From Anaerolineales bacterium (GTDB lineage: Bacteria > Chloroflexota > Anaerolineae > Anaerolineales > UBA4823), in assembly GCA_025057645.1 (NCBI GenBank), contig JANXBJ010000001.1:180357-244356 (forward strand): DNA of 64,000 bases, given 5' to 3'. Below are positions 26,745-36,276 of this stretch, one piece after another; position 1 is the stretch's first letter, and the number at the start of each line of letters is the position of its first letter. The position numbers and the translations under genes are program-made. The notes beneath the pieces were generated by a model that searched no databases, was not told the origin of the DNA, and worked only from the letters and a program-made list of their open reading frames with translations.

Positions 26745-28969
26745 CGGCGCGGGTGCCCGCCCGAACGCTTCTCCTCCTTTTTTCCTGAAGACTGCGGGCG
26801 AGCGGGTTGGGGGCGCGAACCACCGGTTTGGCGTGAGGTGCTGCTGCGTTGATCTCGCAACTGCGCCTCTTCTGCAGACCAACCTTCAAGCACTGCAGCG
26901 CGTGAGAGACGAATTTTCCCCTGACTGTCTATATCCGTCACCATGACCGTGATTTCGTCGCCTACCCTGACGACATCCTCCACTTTATTGACGCGCGCCG
27001 AGTCAAGCTGAGAGATATGGACTAAGCCATCAACATTAGGGAGAATCTCAACAAATGCGCCGAAATCGGCGACGCGGGTGACTCTTCCAGTGTAAATTCG
27101 CCCGATGACCGGAGATTCGACAAGGTTTTCGACTCTTTCGATAGCAATGCGGGCCGACTCGCCGTTTGTAGCTGCGATAAACACCGAGCCGTCCTCACCG
27201 ATGTCAATTTTGGTGTTGGTTTCTTCTTGGATGCTGCGGATCGTCTTCCCGCCCGGGCCGATCACAGCACCAATTTTATCAACCGGGATTTGAACCACAG
27301 TGATCCGAGGCGCATGGGGCTTTAGATCGGGCCGGGGTGCGGGGATCACTTCAAGCATCTTGTCTAAAATAAACGCTCTGGCCGACTTTGCCTTTAGCAG
27401 CGCTTCTAGCATGAGCTCCGAGGAGATACCTTTGATTTTGATATCCATCTGCAGCGCTGTTATCCCTTTGGGAGTCCCGGCTACTTTGAAATCCATATCG
27501 CCGAAATGGTCTTCTATGCCCAGAATATCGGTCAGGATGGCGTATCGGTCTCCTTCTTTAACGAGACCCATGGCGACGCCGGCCACTGGTGCCGAGATGG
27601 GAACTCCGGTATCCATTAGGGCAAGGGTGGAACCACAAACAGATGCCATTGAAGAGGAGCCGTTGGAAGACAAAACTTCAGATACCAAACGGAGGGTGTA
27701 AGGAAACTTGCTTTCCGGAGGAATCACAGGGACAAGAGCCCTTTCTGCCAAGGCCCCATGACCGATCTCCCGCCGCGAAGCCCCGCGTAGCGCCTTGACT
27801 TCTCCAGTTGAAAAGGGCGGAAAGTTATAATGGTGCATATACCGCTTGCTCTCTGCAGGGGTCAAGCTGTCGATTTCCTGAGCTTCTCTAGGGGTGCCCA
27901 AGGTGGCTAGGGTTAGGACTTGGGTCTCGCCGCGAGTGAAGAGACCCGAGCCATGAGCTCTTGGGCTCACGTCCACTTCACACCAAATAGGACGGATCTC
28001 GTCAAGGCGCCGGCCGTCAGCTCGGAGACCCTCTTCTAGAATTCTGCGCCGCACGATCTCTTTGTAACAGTTTTCGAGAGCGAATCGGATTTCAAGGTCG
28101 GTCGCGGAGAAAGCGGGGCTAAATTTTTCGATCAGCGATAACTCCAATTGTCGAAAGGCTGCATTTCTCTCACTTTTTACATAGGGTCGTTGAAGAATTT
28201 CTAAGATGACCGGGCTGGCTTCTTCACGAATGGCTGCAATCAAGGCTTCGTTTACCTGAAGAACCGGGTAGGACGCTTTCGGTTTGCCTGCCTTAGCAAC
28301 CAACTCTTCTTGTAGGTCAATGATGGGTTGCAGGGCCTGATGGCCGAAGGTGAGCGCAGCGATCATCTCTTCTTCGCTGACCTCGCTTGCGCCACATTCC
28401 ACCATTAGGATTGCATCGCGCGTCCCCGCCATTCGTAGGTCGAGGTCAGAGTTCTCGATCTCGGCGAAGGTGGGGTTGACAATAAACTCGCCGTTGATTC
28501 GGCCAATCCGCACTGCTCCGATTGGTCCTCCCCAGGGGATGTCGGAGATCGCCAGGGCGGCTGAGGCAGCGTTGACTGCAAGGATGTCAATTGGATTCTC
28601 GCTATCGACTGAGAGAGAATAGAGGATCACTTGCACTTCGTTGCGCAAATCCTTAGGGAAGAGCGGCCGCAGTGGCCGGTCAGTGAGGCGAGCAGTGAGG
28701 ATGGCTTCGTCAGAGGGACGGCCTTCGCGCCTGAAAAAAGAACCGGGAATGCGACCACCAGCATACATCCGCTCTTCGTAGTCAACGGTCAGAGGGAAGA
28801 AATCATAACTCTCTTTGGGTTCGTCGCTCATAGTTGCGGCGGCAAAAACCATCGTGTCACCCACTCGAACAGTCACTGCACCGCCTGCTTGACCTGCCAG
28901 CTTGCCGGTTTCAATGCGAAATCGTTTGCCTCCGATTGTGGTTTCGACAACTACGCTTTCTGGTTTCAT
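26741..28969 (-). CDS. pnp: Polyribonucleotide nucleotidyltransferase (PNPase)
   Basis: Two RNase PH domains, then KH (IGPGGKTIRSIQEET) and S1 (GRIYTGRVTRVADFGAFVEI) domains, plus a ~45-aa Arg/Ser/Gly-rich tail. Confidence 0.98.
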   Translation of the reverse strand: MKPESVVVETTIGGKRFRIETGKLAGQAGGAVTVRVGDTMVFAAATMSDEPKESYDFFPLTVDYEERMYAGGRIPGSFFRREGRPSDEAILTARLTDRPLRPLFPKDLRNEVQVILYSLSVDSENPIDILAVNAASAALAISDIPWGGPIGAVRIGRINGEFIVNPTFAEIENSDLDLRMAGTRDAILMVECGASEVSEEEMIAALTFGHQALQPIIDLQEELVAKAGKPKASYPVLQVNEALIAAIREEASPVILEILQRPYVKSERNAAFRQLELSLIEKFSPAFSATDLEIRFALENCYKEIVRRRILEEGLRADGRRLDEIRPIWCEVDVSPRAHGSGLFTRGETQVLTLATLGTPREAQEIDSLTPAESKRYMHHYNFPPFSTGEVKALRGASRREIGHGALAERALVPVIPPESKFPYTLRLVSEVLSSNGSSSMASVCGSTLALMDTGVPISAPVAGVAMGLVKEGDRYAILTDILGIEDHFGDMDFKVAGTPKGITALQMDIKIKGISSELMLEALLKAKSARAFILDKMLEVIPAPRPDLKPHAPRITVVQIPVDKIGAVIGPGGKTIRSIQEETNTKIDIGEDGSVFIAATNGESARIAIERVENLVESPVIGRIYTGRVTRVADFGAFVEILPNVDGLVHISQLDSARVNKVEDVVRVGDEITVMVTDIDSQGKIRLSRAAVLEGWSAEEAQLRDQRSSTSRQTGGSRPQPARPQSSGKKEEKRSGGHPRR

Positions 28970-29075
28970 TTTTCCTGCACTCGTGCTCTATGGGATAGGA
29001 TTAATCAATTTCCCCGTTCAGTTCGTATATCGGGCCGGACTAGACTAAGAGGCGAAGACAATCCACCGAGACGTT

Positions 29076-29348
29076 CTACTTGCGGCGGATGTTAAGACGG
29101 TCCGCGAGCGCAGCATAGCGGCTGTAGTTGCTCCGCTTTAAGTAGGCTAGCAAGCGTCGCCGTCTTCCAACAAGTTTTAGAAGCCCGCGCCGTGAAGACT
29201 CATCATGTTTGTGAGCTTTGAGATGCTCGGTTAGTTGGTTAATTCGGGTCGTCAACAGGGCAATTTGAACCTCTGGCGATCCCGTGTCTTGACTGTGGCG
29301 GGAAAATTCCTGAATCACTTGTTGTTTTGATTCTTTATCTAGTGCCAT
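29076..29348 (-). CDS. rpsO: 30S ribosomal protein S15
   Basis: 90 aa. [48 protein letters not shown]. Confidence 0.97.
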   Translation of the reverse strand: MALDKESKQQVIQEFSRHSQDTGSPEVQIALLTTRINQLTEHLKAHKHDESSRRGLLKLVGRRRRLLAYLKRSNYSRYAALADRLNIRRK

Positions 29349-29574
29349 GACTTCTGCTCTCCTTAGAAATTCAGGTATTCTCGCAGGTCTCCGAGACTAG
29401 AGCATTTCTTGCCCTAGAATGGTCTAGTCACTGCGCAGTAAATTATATCATAACACAACCTCCTGTCCGGCCGCTTTTAGGAATAAACGGCGGTCCGGAT
29501 AGATCGTGCTCGTGCTACTCCGGGATTGGTCACTCCTGTGTCTCTGCCAGTTAGCGGTTTGAGGGTCGAGTTGA

Positions 29575-30378
29575 TCAGGTTCGTTCTTGAATTGCCGTGA
29601 GAAGGTCCTTCTGAAGTTCCGGAGGGAAGGTTTTTAGGCACGACCTGATCAACTTCTTGAGCTGCGCTGTGGGGTTTTCTTGGAGCACAGTTCGCATTAG
29701 GTGAGCCATTTCTTTGGGGGATTTGGTGATCAGATTATTGCAGATTGCGGTAAACGCAGCAAAGTTTTGGGGCGGGCAGCGCTTAAGATAGGGAGAGATC
29801 ACCTTGAGAACGAGTGGAAAATCCTGGAAGGAGATCGTAAGACTCACTTGCTCGAGAACAAGGAAACCGAAATTTCGAACGGGGACTCGCTCGTCTCGAA
29901 GCCACTTTTGGGTTTGTTCGAGTAAAGAGACGGGTTGACGAAGCTGAAAATTGGTCAGCGCACTCTGGGCAATCAATTCGGCCAATTTGGGAGAGTTGCT
30001 TGTGGAAACCCACTGCTCAAGGGTTTGAAAGAGTTGCTCATGCATCGTGAGAGGGAGGTTTTCCAAGATTGCAATGCCAAGTTGCTTGCATTCGTGAATT
30101 GGCTGTTCCCAGAGCATTTGAGCCAGGCTGAGGGCTTGCGCTGGTTGAGAACGGGTTAGGTTGGCCAATTCCCTTGTTATTGCGCGCAGGAGAGCGGGTG
30201 GGACGTGAAAGCTCTTTACTGGAGAGGGCAGGGCGGTCGCTGTGCTCGGGCGATAGGCTCGATCGGAGTAGTTTTCTAGCAGTTCGATCAGGGCGTTGAG
30301 CAATTGGGTTGGATCGGAACGGAAGGCGAAGCATTGTTGGAGCTGGGTCTTCAGTCGCAGAGGGTCGATAGTCGGCAT
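29575..30378 (-). CDS. HEAT-like repeat protein, possibly DNA alkylation repair (AlkC/AlkD-like) family
   Basis: Start taken at ATG 30378 (MPTIDPLRL...), 267 aa, all-helical repeat character. The family assignment is tentative. Confidence 0.45.
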   Translation of the reverse strand: MPTIDPLRLKTQLQQCFAFRSDPTQLLNALIELLENYSDRAYRPSTATALPSPVKSFHVPPALLRAITRELANLTRSQPAQALSLAQMLWEQPIHECKQLGIAILENLPLTMHEQLFQTLEQWVSTSNSPKLAELIAQSALTNFQLRQPVSLLEQTQKWLRDERVPVRNFGFLVLEQVSLTISFQDFPLVLKVISPYLKRCPPQNFAAFTAICNNLITKSPKEMAHLMRTVLQENPTAQLKKLIRSCLKTFPPELQKDLLTAIQERT

Positions 30379-30596
30379 AGGCAAGTTTATTCCCGATGTT
30401 GGTAGAAATTGTGGACGAATTTCTGCGAAGGGTTTTTGAAGCCTATCTCGGCCGAAAGGGCAGAGGATACAGGGAAAAACATCGGTAAGTTCCTCGACAA
30501 TGCCTGTATAAAGTATAAACCGTATCGCATGGCGAAAGCCGCTCTGTTCCTGAATCCTCCATGACATGAGGCTTTAGGGCATGATATACTGTCGCT

Positions 30597-33239
30597 ATGC
30601 GGATTATCCTGACCCACGAAGTGGCCGATTTTGATGCTATAGCTTCCCTGTTGGGGGCATATTATATAGACTCCGAGAGCATTCCGGTGCTTCCCCGCAA
30701 AATTAATCGCAATGTGCGCGGTTTTCTCACCCTTTACGGAGCAGAACTCCCTTTTGTTGAGCTTCGGGATTTGCCTTCAGAGCCGATCGATCAAGTCACC
30801 CTCGTAGATACCCAGACGATGGCTTCGATTCGGGGGGTAACTTCTGAAACGAAGGTGCACGTCATCGATCATCATCCCTTGCGAGACGATGTCCCTGCAG
30901 AGTGGACTATTACCTTGTCTGCAACAGGGGCAAACACCACGCTCCTGATTGAGCTAATGCGTAGCAAAGAGGTTGCGATTAAGCCCGTTCATGCCACCCT
31001 ACTGTTGTTGGGCATCTATGAAGATACCGGGGCACTCACTTACACCCGAACTACACCGCGCGACCTGCACGCCGCAGCCTTTTTGCTCGAACAAGGTGCC
31101 AGCTTGGCGGTTTTGAGGCACTATTTATACATTCCTCTCTCTGATGAACAGATGAGGGTTTTTCACCAGCTACAATCGAACTGTCGCACTCTCAATATTC
31201 ACGGATACCGCGTGGTCATTGCCAAGGCTGAGGTGGGCAGTTTGGAAGAGGAGCTCTCGACAGTTGCCCATAAGTTGCGGGATATTTTGGAACCCGATGC
31301 ACTTTTCGTCCTCGTTCAGGGTAGAAGCGGCGTCCAACTGATCGCGCGGTCAACCCAGGATGAGATTGATGTGGCAAAGGTGGCTCAAAAGTTTGGGGGT
31401 GGAGGGCACGAGCGTGCTGCGGCTTGTCTGGTCAAAGATCGCGCTATAGATGAACTGGAAAAGGAGTTAGTTGATTACTTGAAGGAGGTCATAACGCCCG
31501 CTATCGTAGTCGAGCAAATCTATTCGCGCGATCCTCAGCTGATACCACCGGAGATGAACGTAAGCGAGATAGCCTCCCTTATGCAAAAATATGGTCACGA
31601 AGGCTACCCCGTAGTAGAAAACGGACGAGTCATCGGATTGGTAACCCGAAGAGCAGTCGATCGAGCATTGGCCCACAAGCTTAACTTAAGTGCTAGGCAA
31701 ATTATGGAAGCGGGCCAAGTGACCGTTTCACCCGAAGACACTCTTGAGACGGTTCAGACGCTAATGCTAACCAGCGGTTGGGGGCAGATCCCGGTTGTTG
31801 ATCAAAAGGGCAGAGTTATCGGGATAGTGACTCGTACCGATGTGATCAAGACCCTTCCCATTGGGGGTCGTCTGCCGGTAAAGGTGAATCTCGCTAGTCG
31901 TTTAGAAAAAGCTTTGCCTCCTGCACAAATTACTTTACTCAAGATGGTCTCCCAAGTCGCCTCGGAAAATCGCTTGGCGCTCTACATTGTCGGGGGCTTT
32001 GTGCGGGACTTGTTGCTCGAGAAACCAAGCGTGGATTTTGACTTAGTTGTAGAAGGAGATGCGATTGCTCTTGCGAAAGCCCTCCGCGCTCAATTCGGTG
32101 GCAGATTAACTAAACACGATCGCTTTCGGACGGCAAAATGGTTTATTGACAAAACCTCGCCGTTGTTTCTTCAAGCATATCAAAGAATGGTCTGCGGAGA
32201 TTCGAAATCTGCCTCTCTTGAAGGCATTCCAGAAACCTTGGACTTTGTTACGGCACGGACCGAGTTTTATCCTCACCCGACAGCTCTGCCGACGGTGGAA
32301 CCTAGCAGTATAAAGCTGGATTTGCACCGGCGTGATTTTACGGTTAATACCTTGGCAATTCGCCTCGATGGCTCGCACTATGGTGAGCTCCATGACTACT
32401 GGGGTGGGCTGAGCGATCTGCGGCGCGGAGTGGTGCGTGTTCTACACTCTCTTTCCTTTGTAGACGACCCCACGCGGATTCTGCGCGCAGTTCGGTTCGA
32501 GCAGCGGTTTCACTTCCGCATTGAGGAACGCACTCTTCAGCTTATTCTTGAAGCGAGACCGCTTTTATCGCGGGTGTCTGGGGAGCGCATTCGCCATGAA
32601 CTGGAGTTAATTTTTGTTGAGGATCGAGTACTAGCCATACTCAATCGACTTCAAGAACTACAGATTTTGGAATATATTCATCCTAGGTTAAAGTGGGATG
32701 AATGGATTGAGCTACGCAGCCAAAGGTTATGGAAATATGTTCCGCAGGAGTTTGGTATCGAGTTGGAGCTTTCCCAGACTAATCTTCGTTGCGAGCTGTT
32801 CTATCTCTTCCTATTGGCTCGTTTTGAGCAGGAGAGCTTACCCTCGGTCATCGAGCGCCTAAAGTTGCCTGCGGCTTTGCGGAAAAAGGTCAGAGACTTG
32901 AACCGGTTATGGGGTGTCCGCGATCAACTTTCTCGACCGGATCCTTTGCTGATCGTAAGCCAAATGGACGGGATCGATCCCCTTGTAGCTTATGCCCTAG
33001 CGCTGATGGATATCGAAGGCAAGCTTTCGGAGTCAATTAAGTTTTACTTTCAGAAATGGCTCAAGACGAAATGCTTCACGAACGGCCAAGTGCTTAGGCA
33101 GAGAGGTCTGCCTCCTGGCCCTGTCTACCGTGAGATACTCACTCAGCTCAAACTGGCTTGGATTGAAGGGAAAATTAACAGCCCTGAGGAAGAGAGGGAA
33201 TTATTAGAAGATCTGGTCCAGAGGAGTCGATTAGGATGA
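30597..33239 (+). CDS. Fusion protein: DHH/DHHA1 phosphoesterase, CBS pair and class II tRNA nucleotidyltransferase/poly(A) polymerase head domain
   Basis: DHH motifs HEVADFDAIAS, VIDHHPL and GGGGHERAAA. Two CBS modules. Nucleotidyltransferase motifs LYIVGGFVRDLLL, DFDLVV and DLHRRDFTVNTLA. Confidence 0.85.
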   Translation: MRIILTHEVADFDAIASLLGAYYIDSESIPVLPRKINRNVRGFLTLYGAELPFVELRDLPSEPIDQVTLVDTQTMASIRGVTSETKVHVIDHHPLRDDVPAEWTITLSATGANTTLLIELMRSKEVAIKPVHATLLLLGIYEDTGALTYTRTTPRDLHAAAFLLEQGASLAVLRHYLYIPLSDEQMRVFHQLQSNCRTLNIHGYRVVIAKAEVGSLEEELSTVAHKLRDILEPDALFVLVQGRSGVQLIARSTQDEIDVAKVAQKFGGGGHERAAACLVKDRAIDELEKELVDYLKEVITPAIVVEQIYSRDPQLIPPEMNVSEIASLMQKYGHEGYPVVENGRVIGLVTRRAVDRALAHKLNLSARQIMEAGQVTVSPEDTLETVQTLMLTSGWGQIPVVDQKGRVIGIVTRTDVIKTLPIGGRLPVKVNLASRLEKALPPAQITLLKMVSQVASENRLALYIVGGFVRDLLLEKPSVDFDLVVEGDAIALAKALRAQFGGRLTKHDRFRTAKWFIDKTSPLFLQAYQRMVCGDSKSASLEGIPETLDFVTARTEFYPHPTALPTVEPSSIKLDLHRRDFTVNTLAIRLDGSHYGELHDYWGGLSDLRRGVVRVLHSLSFVDDPTRILRAVRFEQRFHFRIEERTLQLILEARPLLSRVSGERIRHELELIFVEDRVLAILNRLQELQILEYIHPRLKWDEWIELRSQRLWKYVPQEFGIELELSQTNLRCELFYLFLLARFEQESLPSVIERLKLPAALRKKVRDLNRLWGVRDQLSRPDPLLIVSQMDGIDPLVAYALALMDIEGKLSESIKFYFQKWLKTKCFTNGQVLRQRGLPPGPVYREILTQLKLAWIEGKINSPEEERELLEDLVQRSRLG

Positions 33240-33766
33240 TCCATGAGGGTGTAATTCGACTGATAGAGTTTGCGGATTTGCCAGCGTTGGAGTGGGAAGG
33301 AGAGTATACTCACTTTCGCCGCGTGTATAGAGAGGTTTATGAGCATTATCAAATGGGACGCGCCTTGCCTTGGGTGATCGAGTTACCTCGCCTTGGGATT
33401 ATCGGACAGCTTTTCGTCCAACTCGATTGTCGGAACAAAACTTTGGCGGATGGTGTAGAGCGCGCCTACTTGTTTGCCTTCCGGATCAGGCCGGCTTACC
33501 GTAACCAAGGGTGGGGTACGAAATTGCTCGGCTTCGTTGAAAGGGACTTGTACACTAAAGGCTATCGCCGCACTACTTTGCGGGTCTCCAAATCGAACGA
33601 GTCAGCACGTTGTTTTTATGAGCGCCGAGGGTATTCGGTTGTGGGAGAGGATTGTAGTGAATGGAGGTATGTCGATCACCGGGGTGTTGAACGAGTGGTC
33701 TGTGATCCTTGCTATCAGATGGAAAAGCACTTGAGAAAACCCCTTGCTGTGGCGCGTAAGTTATGA
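33236..33766 (+). CDS. GNAT family N-acetyltransferase
   Basis: Acetyl-CoA motif A FRIRPAYRNQGWGTKLLGFVE. ATGA overlap with the upstream gene. Confidence 0.8.
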   Translation: MIHEGVIRLIEFADLPALEWEGEYTHFRRVYREVYEHYQMGRALPWVIELPRLGIIGQLFVQLDCRNKTLADGVERAYLFAFRIRPAYRNQGWGTKLLGFVERDLYTKGYRRTTLRVSKSNESARCFYERRGYSVVGEDCSEWRYVDHRGVERVVCDPCYQMEKHLRKPLAVARKL

Positions 33767-33882
33767 TAGAATTTACCCACTGCCGAGAAGGCTAGGATTC
33801 GTCGTTGAAAAGTGGGTTCTCCCCACTTTTCTTCTTCAGATCAGGAGGTCGGTTTTCTTGGATAGGTGGAGAGCTGGGTAAA

Positions 33883-35877
33883 ATGAAGAACGAGCTCATT
33901 TTGGCCTTTAACGAGTTGCTGGAGGAAAAGCAATTGCCCAAGGATGTGATCATGAGCGCACTGGAGTATGCGATGGTTTCAGCCTATCGCAAGGCCGAAA
34001 ACGCCTCCAATGCTCAGCACATTGAAGCCAAAATCGATTTGCAGACGGGCCGAGTTACGATTTATGCAGAGAAAGAGATTGTCGAGAAAGTTCAGGACCC
34101 ACGTACCGAAATATCCTTGGAGGAGGCTTTGAAGATCAACCCCCAGGCGAAGCTTGGAGGGATGATTGTTGTGGATAGTACACCGAAAGATTTCGGACGT
34201 GTGGCCGCTCAGACCGCGCGTCAGGTGATCCAGCAAAGGATTCGAGAGGCTGAGCGAGAAGCTCAGCTGCGCTATTTCAAGCGACAGGTGGGGGAGATTG
34301 TAAGCGGGGTCGTGCAGGCGATCACTCCCATCGGCCTCACCCTGGGCTTAGAAATGAAAGCTGAAGGGATCATGCCCCGCAAGGAGATGATCCCGGGTGA
34401 GCGATATCGCGTTCACGAGCGGATTCGAGCGTTGTTGTTGGAAGTCAAGGATACGGGGAAGGGTCCACAAATTATTCTCTCCCGCGCTCATCGCAACTTT
34501 TTGCGCCGCTTGCTTGAAAACGAGGTCCCGGAAATCTATCATGGCATGGTCGAAATCCGCTCTATTGCGCGTGAGCCTGGGCAGCGCTCGAAGGTGGCTG
34601 TGGCTGCTCTTCAGGCGGGAGTGGATCCGGTGGGAGCTTGTGTAGGGATGCGCGGGGTTCGGATTCAGGCGATTGTGCGAGAGTTGAACGATGAAAAGAT
34701 TGACGTCATTGAGTGGAACCCAGATCCTGCGATTTACATTGCTAAAGCCCTGAGCCCTGCCCGGGTTACGGGTGTCTACTTGAGCAATCGCGGCAAAGGA
34801 ACTAAGACTGCCACGGTCGTTGTGCCTGAAGATCAATTGAGCCTAGCCATTGGTCGCGACGGTCAAAACGCTCGCCTGGCAGCCCGCTTAACTTCTTGGC
34901 GGATTGACATCAAGAGCTTACCTGAAGCGGCAATTGATGCCTTGAACAAGATTCAAAAAGACCCAGAGTATGCGGTCTTTGCAGAGCTCGAGAGGGATAT
35001 CATCCCGCAGGTTGAGCAGATTCTCAACAAGAAGGCGGAGGGACGGCCGGTCACTCCAGAGGAGTATCAGCTAATGAGCCAGTTCGTCGATCGAGTTGAG
35101 CGAGGTATCTTGAGGCAACGCGAAGGAGTGCTGCGAGCTGAAGAGGAGAAGCAGCTTATGGCCGCAGCCAATATTCCCGATGAAGCCTTCGAGATTCCGC
35201 TGGAGGATATTGGTTTGCCCCTTCGATACACCACCTTGCTCAATGGGGCAGGGTATCTTTCGGTCGGCGACTTGATGTTGCAGCTCAAGCTAGATCCCAA
35301 TAAGATCCTTGCGCTCGAGGGAATCGGCCCCAAGGCAATGGCCGCCATTGAAGAGGCTTTGGCTAATTTCTCCTTGCCCAAGGAAGAAGTGGTTGTCGAA
35401 GAGGCGTCTTCCCAAAAGGAGCTCTTCAAGGTCGATGAAGGGGTATCGACCGAGAAAGGTGACTTGGCTACGGTTTCCCCGGCCGCTGAGGAAGCACCTT
35501 TTGAAAAGGAGATGAATGAGCCTGAGGTGGTTCCAGGTATTGCTGAGGAGGCTGAAAGAGCGGAGACTCTTCTTGGGGAAGTAACTGTCCTGAGCCAACC
35601 TAAGGAGGAGGCAGGTTCACCTGCGCCTTCAACCGCAGAGGAATCAGCAGAGGAGTTATCGATTGACGAATTGTTTAGGTGGTCTCCGGAAGAGATCGAA
35701 ATTGACTATTCTCTGGTTGCAGAAGACGAAGATGAGGAAACGGAGGCAGACAAGAGGAAGAAGAAAAAGAGAAAAAAGTACGTCGAATACGAGTATGATC
35801 CCGAGCAGTCAACCATGATCGTCAAGAAGAAGCGCAAACGTGGCGGTAGCGATTGGGACGAGGACTGGGACCTATAA
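33883..35877 (+). CDS. nusA: Transcription termination/antitermination factor NusA with a long charged C-terminal extension
   Basis: Start at ATG 33883 (MKNELILAFNELLEEK). S1 and two KH domains (GACVGMRGVRIQAI, LAIGRDGQNARLAARL), an HhH/alpha-CTD-like module, then a ~170-aa acidic/basic tail. Confidence 0.95.
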   Translation: MKNELILAFNELLEEKQLPKDVIMSALEYAMVSAYRKAENASNAQHIEAKIDLQTGRVTIYAEKEIVEKVQDPRTEISLEEALKINPQAKLGGMIVVDSTPKDFGRVAAQTARQVIQQRIREAEREAQLRYFKRQVGEIVSGVVQAITPIGLTLGLEMKAEGIMPRKEMIPGERYRVHERIRALLLEVKDTGKGPQIILSRAHRNFLRRLLENEVPEIYHGMVEIRSIAREPGQRSKVAVAALQAGVDPVGACVGMRGVRIQAIVRELNDEKIDVIEWNPDPAIYIAKALSPARVTGVYLSNRGKGTKTATVVVPEDQLSLAIGRDGQNARLAARLTSWRIDIKSLPEAAIDALNKIQKDPEYAVFAELERDIIPQVEQILNKKAEGRPVTPEEYQLMSQFVDRVERGILRQREGVLRAEEEKQLMAAANIPDEAFEIPLEDIGLPLRYTTLLNGAGYLSVGDLMLQLKLDPNKILALEGIGPKAMAAIEEALANFSLPKEEVVVEEASSQKELFKVDEGVSTEKGDLATVSPAAEEAPFEKEMNEPEVVPGIAEEAERAETLLGEVTVLSQPKEEAGSPAPSTAEESAEELSIDELFRWSPEEIEIDYSLVAEDEDEETEADKRKKKKRKKYVEYEYDPEQSTMIVKKKRKRGGSDWDEDWDL

Positions 35878-35902
35878 GACCGGATGAGCACAAGGGAACA
35901 AG

Positions 35903-36196
35903 ATGCCAAAACAGCCTTCCAAGCCAAAGCATATTCCTTACCGGACATGTGTAGGTTGTCGGGAGGTGGAACCGAAGCGAAGTTTGATTCGAATCGTGAG
36001 GGGACCGAATGGAGTCGAAGTGGACCCGAGCGGAAAAAAGCCCGGAAGAGGGGCATATCTCCACGACCAGAAGAGCTGCTGGGAGAGTGCCCTGAAAGGA
36101 AGTTTGGCAAAAGCGCTCCGAGTCCAATTGACGGCAGAAGAGCAAGAGCGATTGTTGGCGTTTGCGAGAACCCTCCAAACTGAAAAGACTGGCTAG
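35903..36196 (+). CDS. ylxR: YlxR/RnpM (DUF448) RNA-binding protein
   Basis: RTCVGCR and GRGAYLH motifs. Conserved position between nusA and infB. Confidence 0.85.
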   Translation: MPKQPSKPKHIPYRTCVGCREVEPKRSLIRIVRGPNGVEVDPSGKKPGRGAYLHDQKSCWESALKGSLAKALRVQLTAEEQERLLAFARTLQTEKTG

Positions 36197-36276
36197 ATCA
36201 AGCCACGATCGTTTCCGAAACCAATTGCGCCTGCCTTCTCGCCGCGCTTCCATTCTTTCTTTGAAGGAGGTGTGTT

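Noticed and set aside
29575-30567. Full 330-aa version of the HEAT-like ORF, and similarly extended N-termini at 33805, 41427, 55398, 54306..55379, 13535, 12711 and 11541
   Set aside because: The extensions lack homology-like character, overlap upstream genes or promoters, or precede an internal ATG with a good RBS that matches the canonical N-terminus of the family. The shorter starts were used.
34348-34836. 162-aa ORF antisense to nusA (also 35067..35429, 35290..35598, 35706..36110 and 35822..36253 on the minus strand)
   Set aside because: All lie antisense to nusA or ylxR, which are unambiguous. Low-complexity Ser/Arg-rich products mirror the acidic/basic NusA tail.
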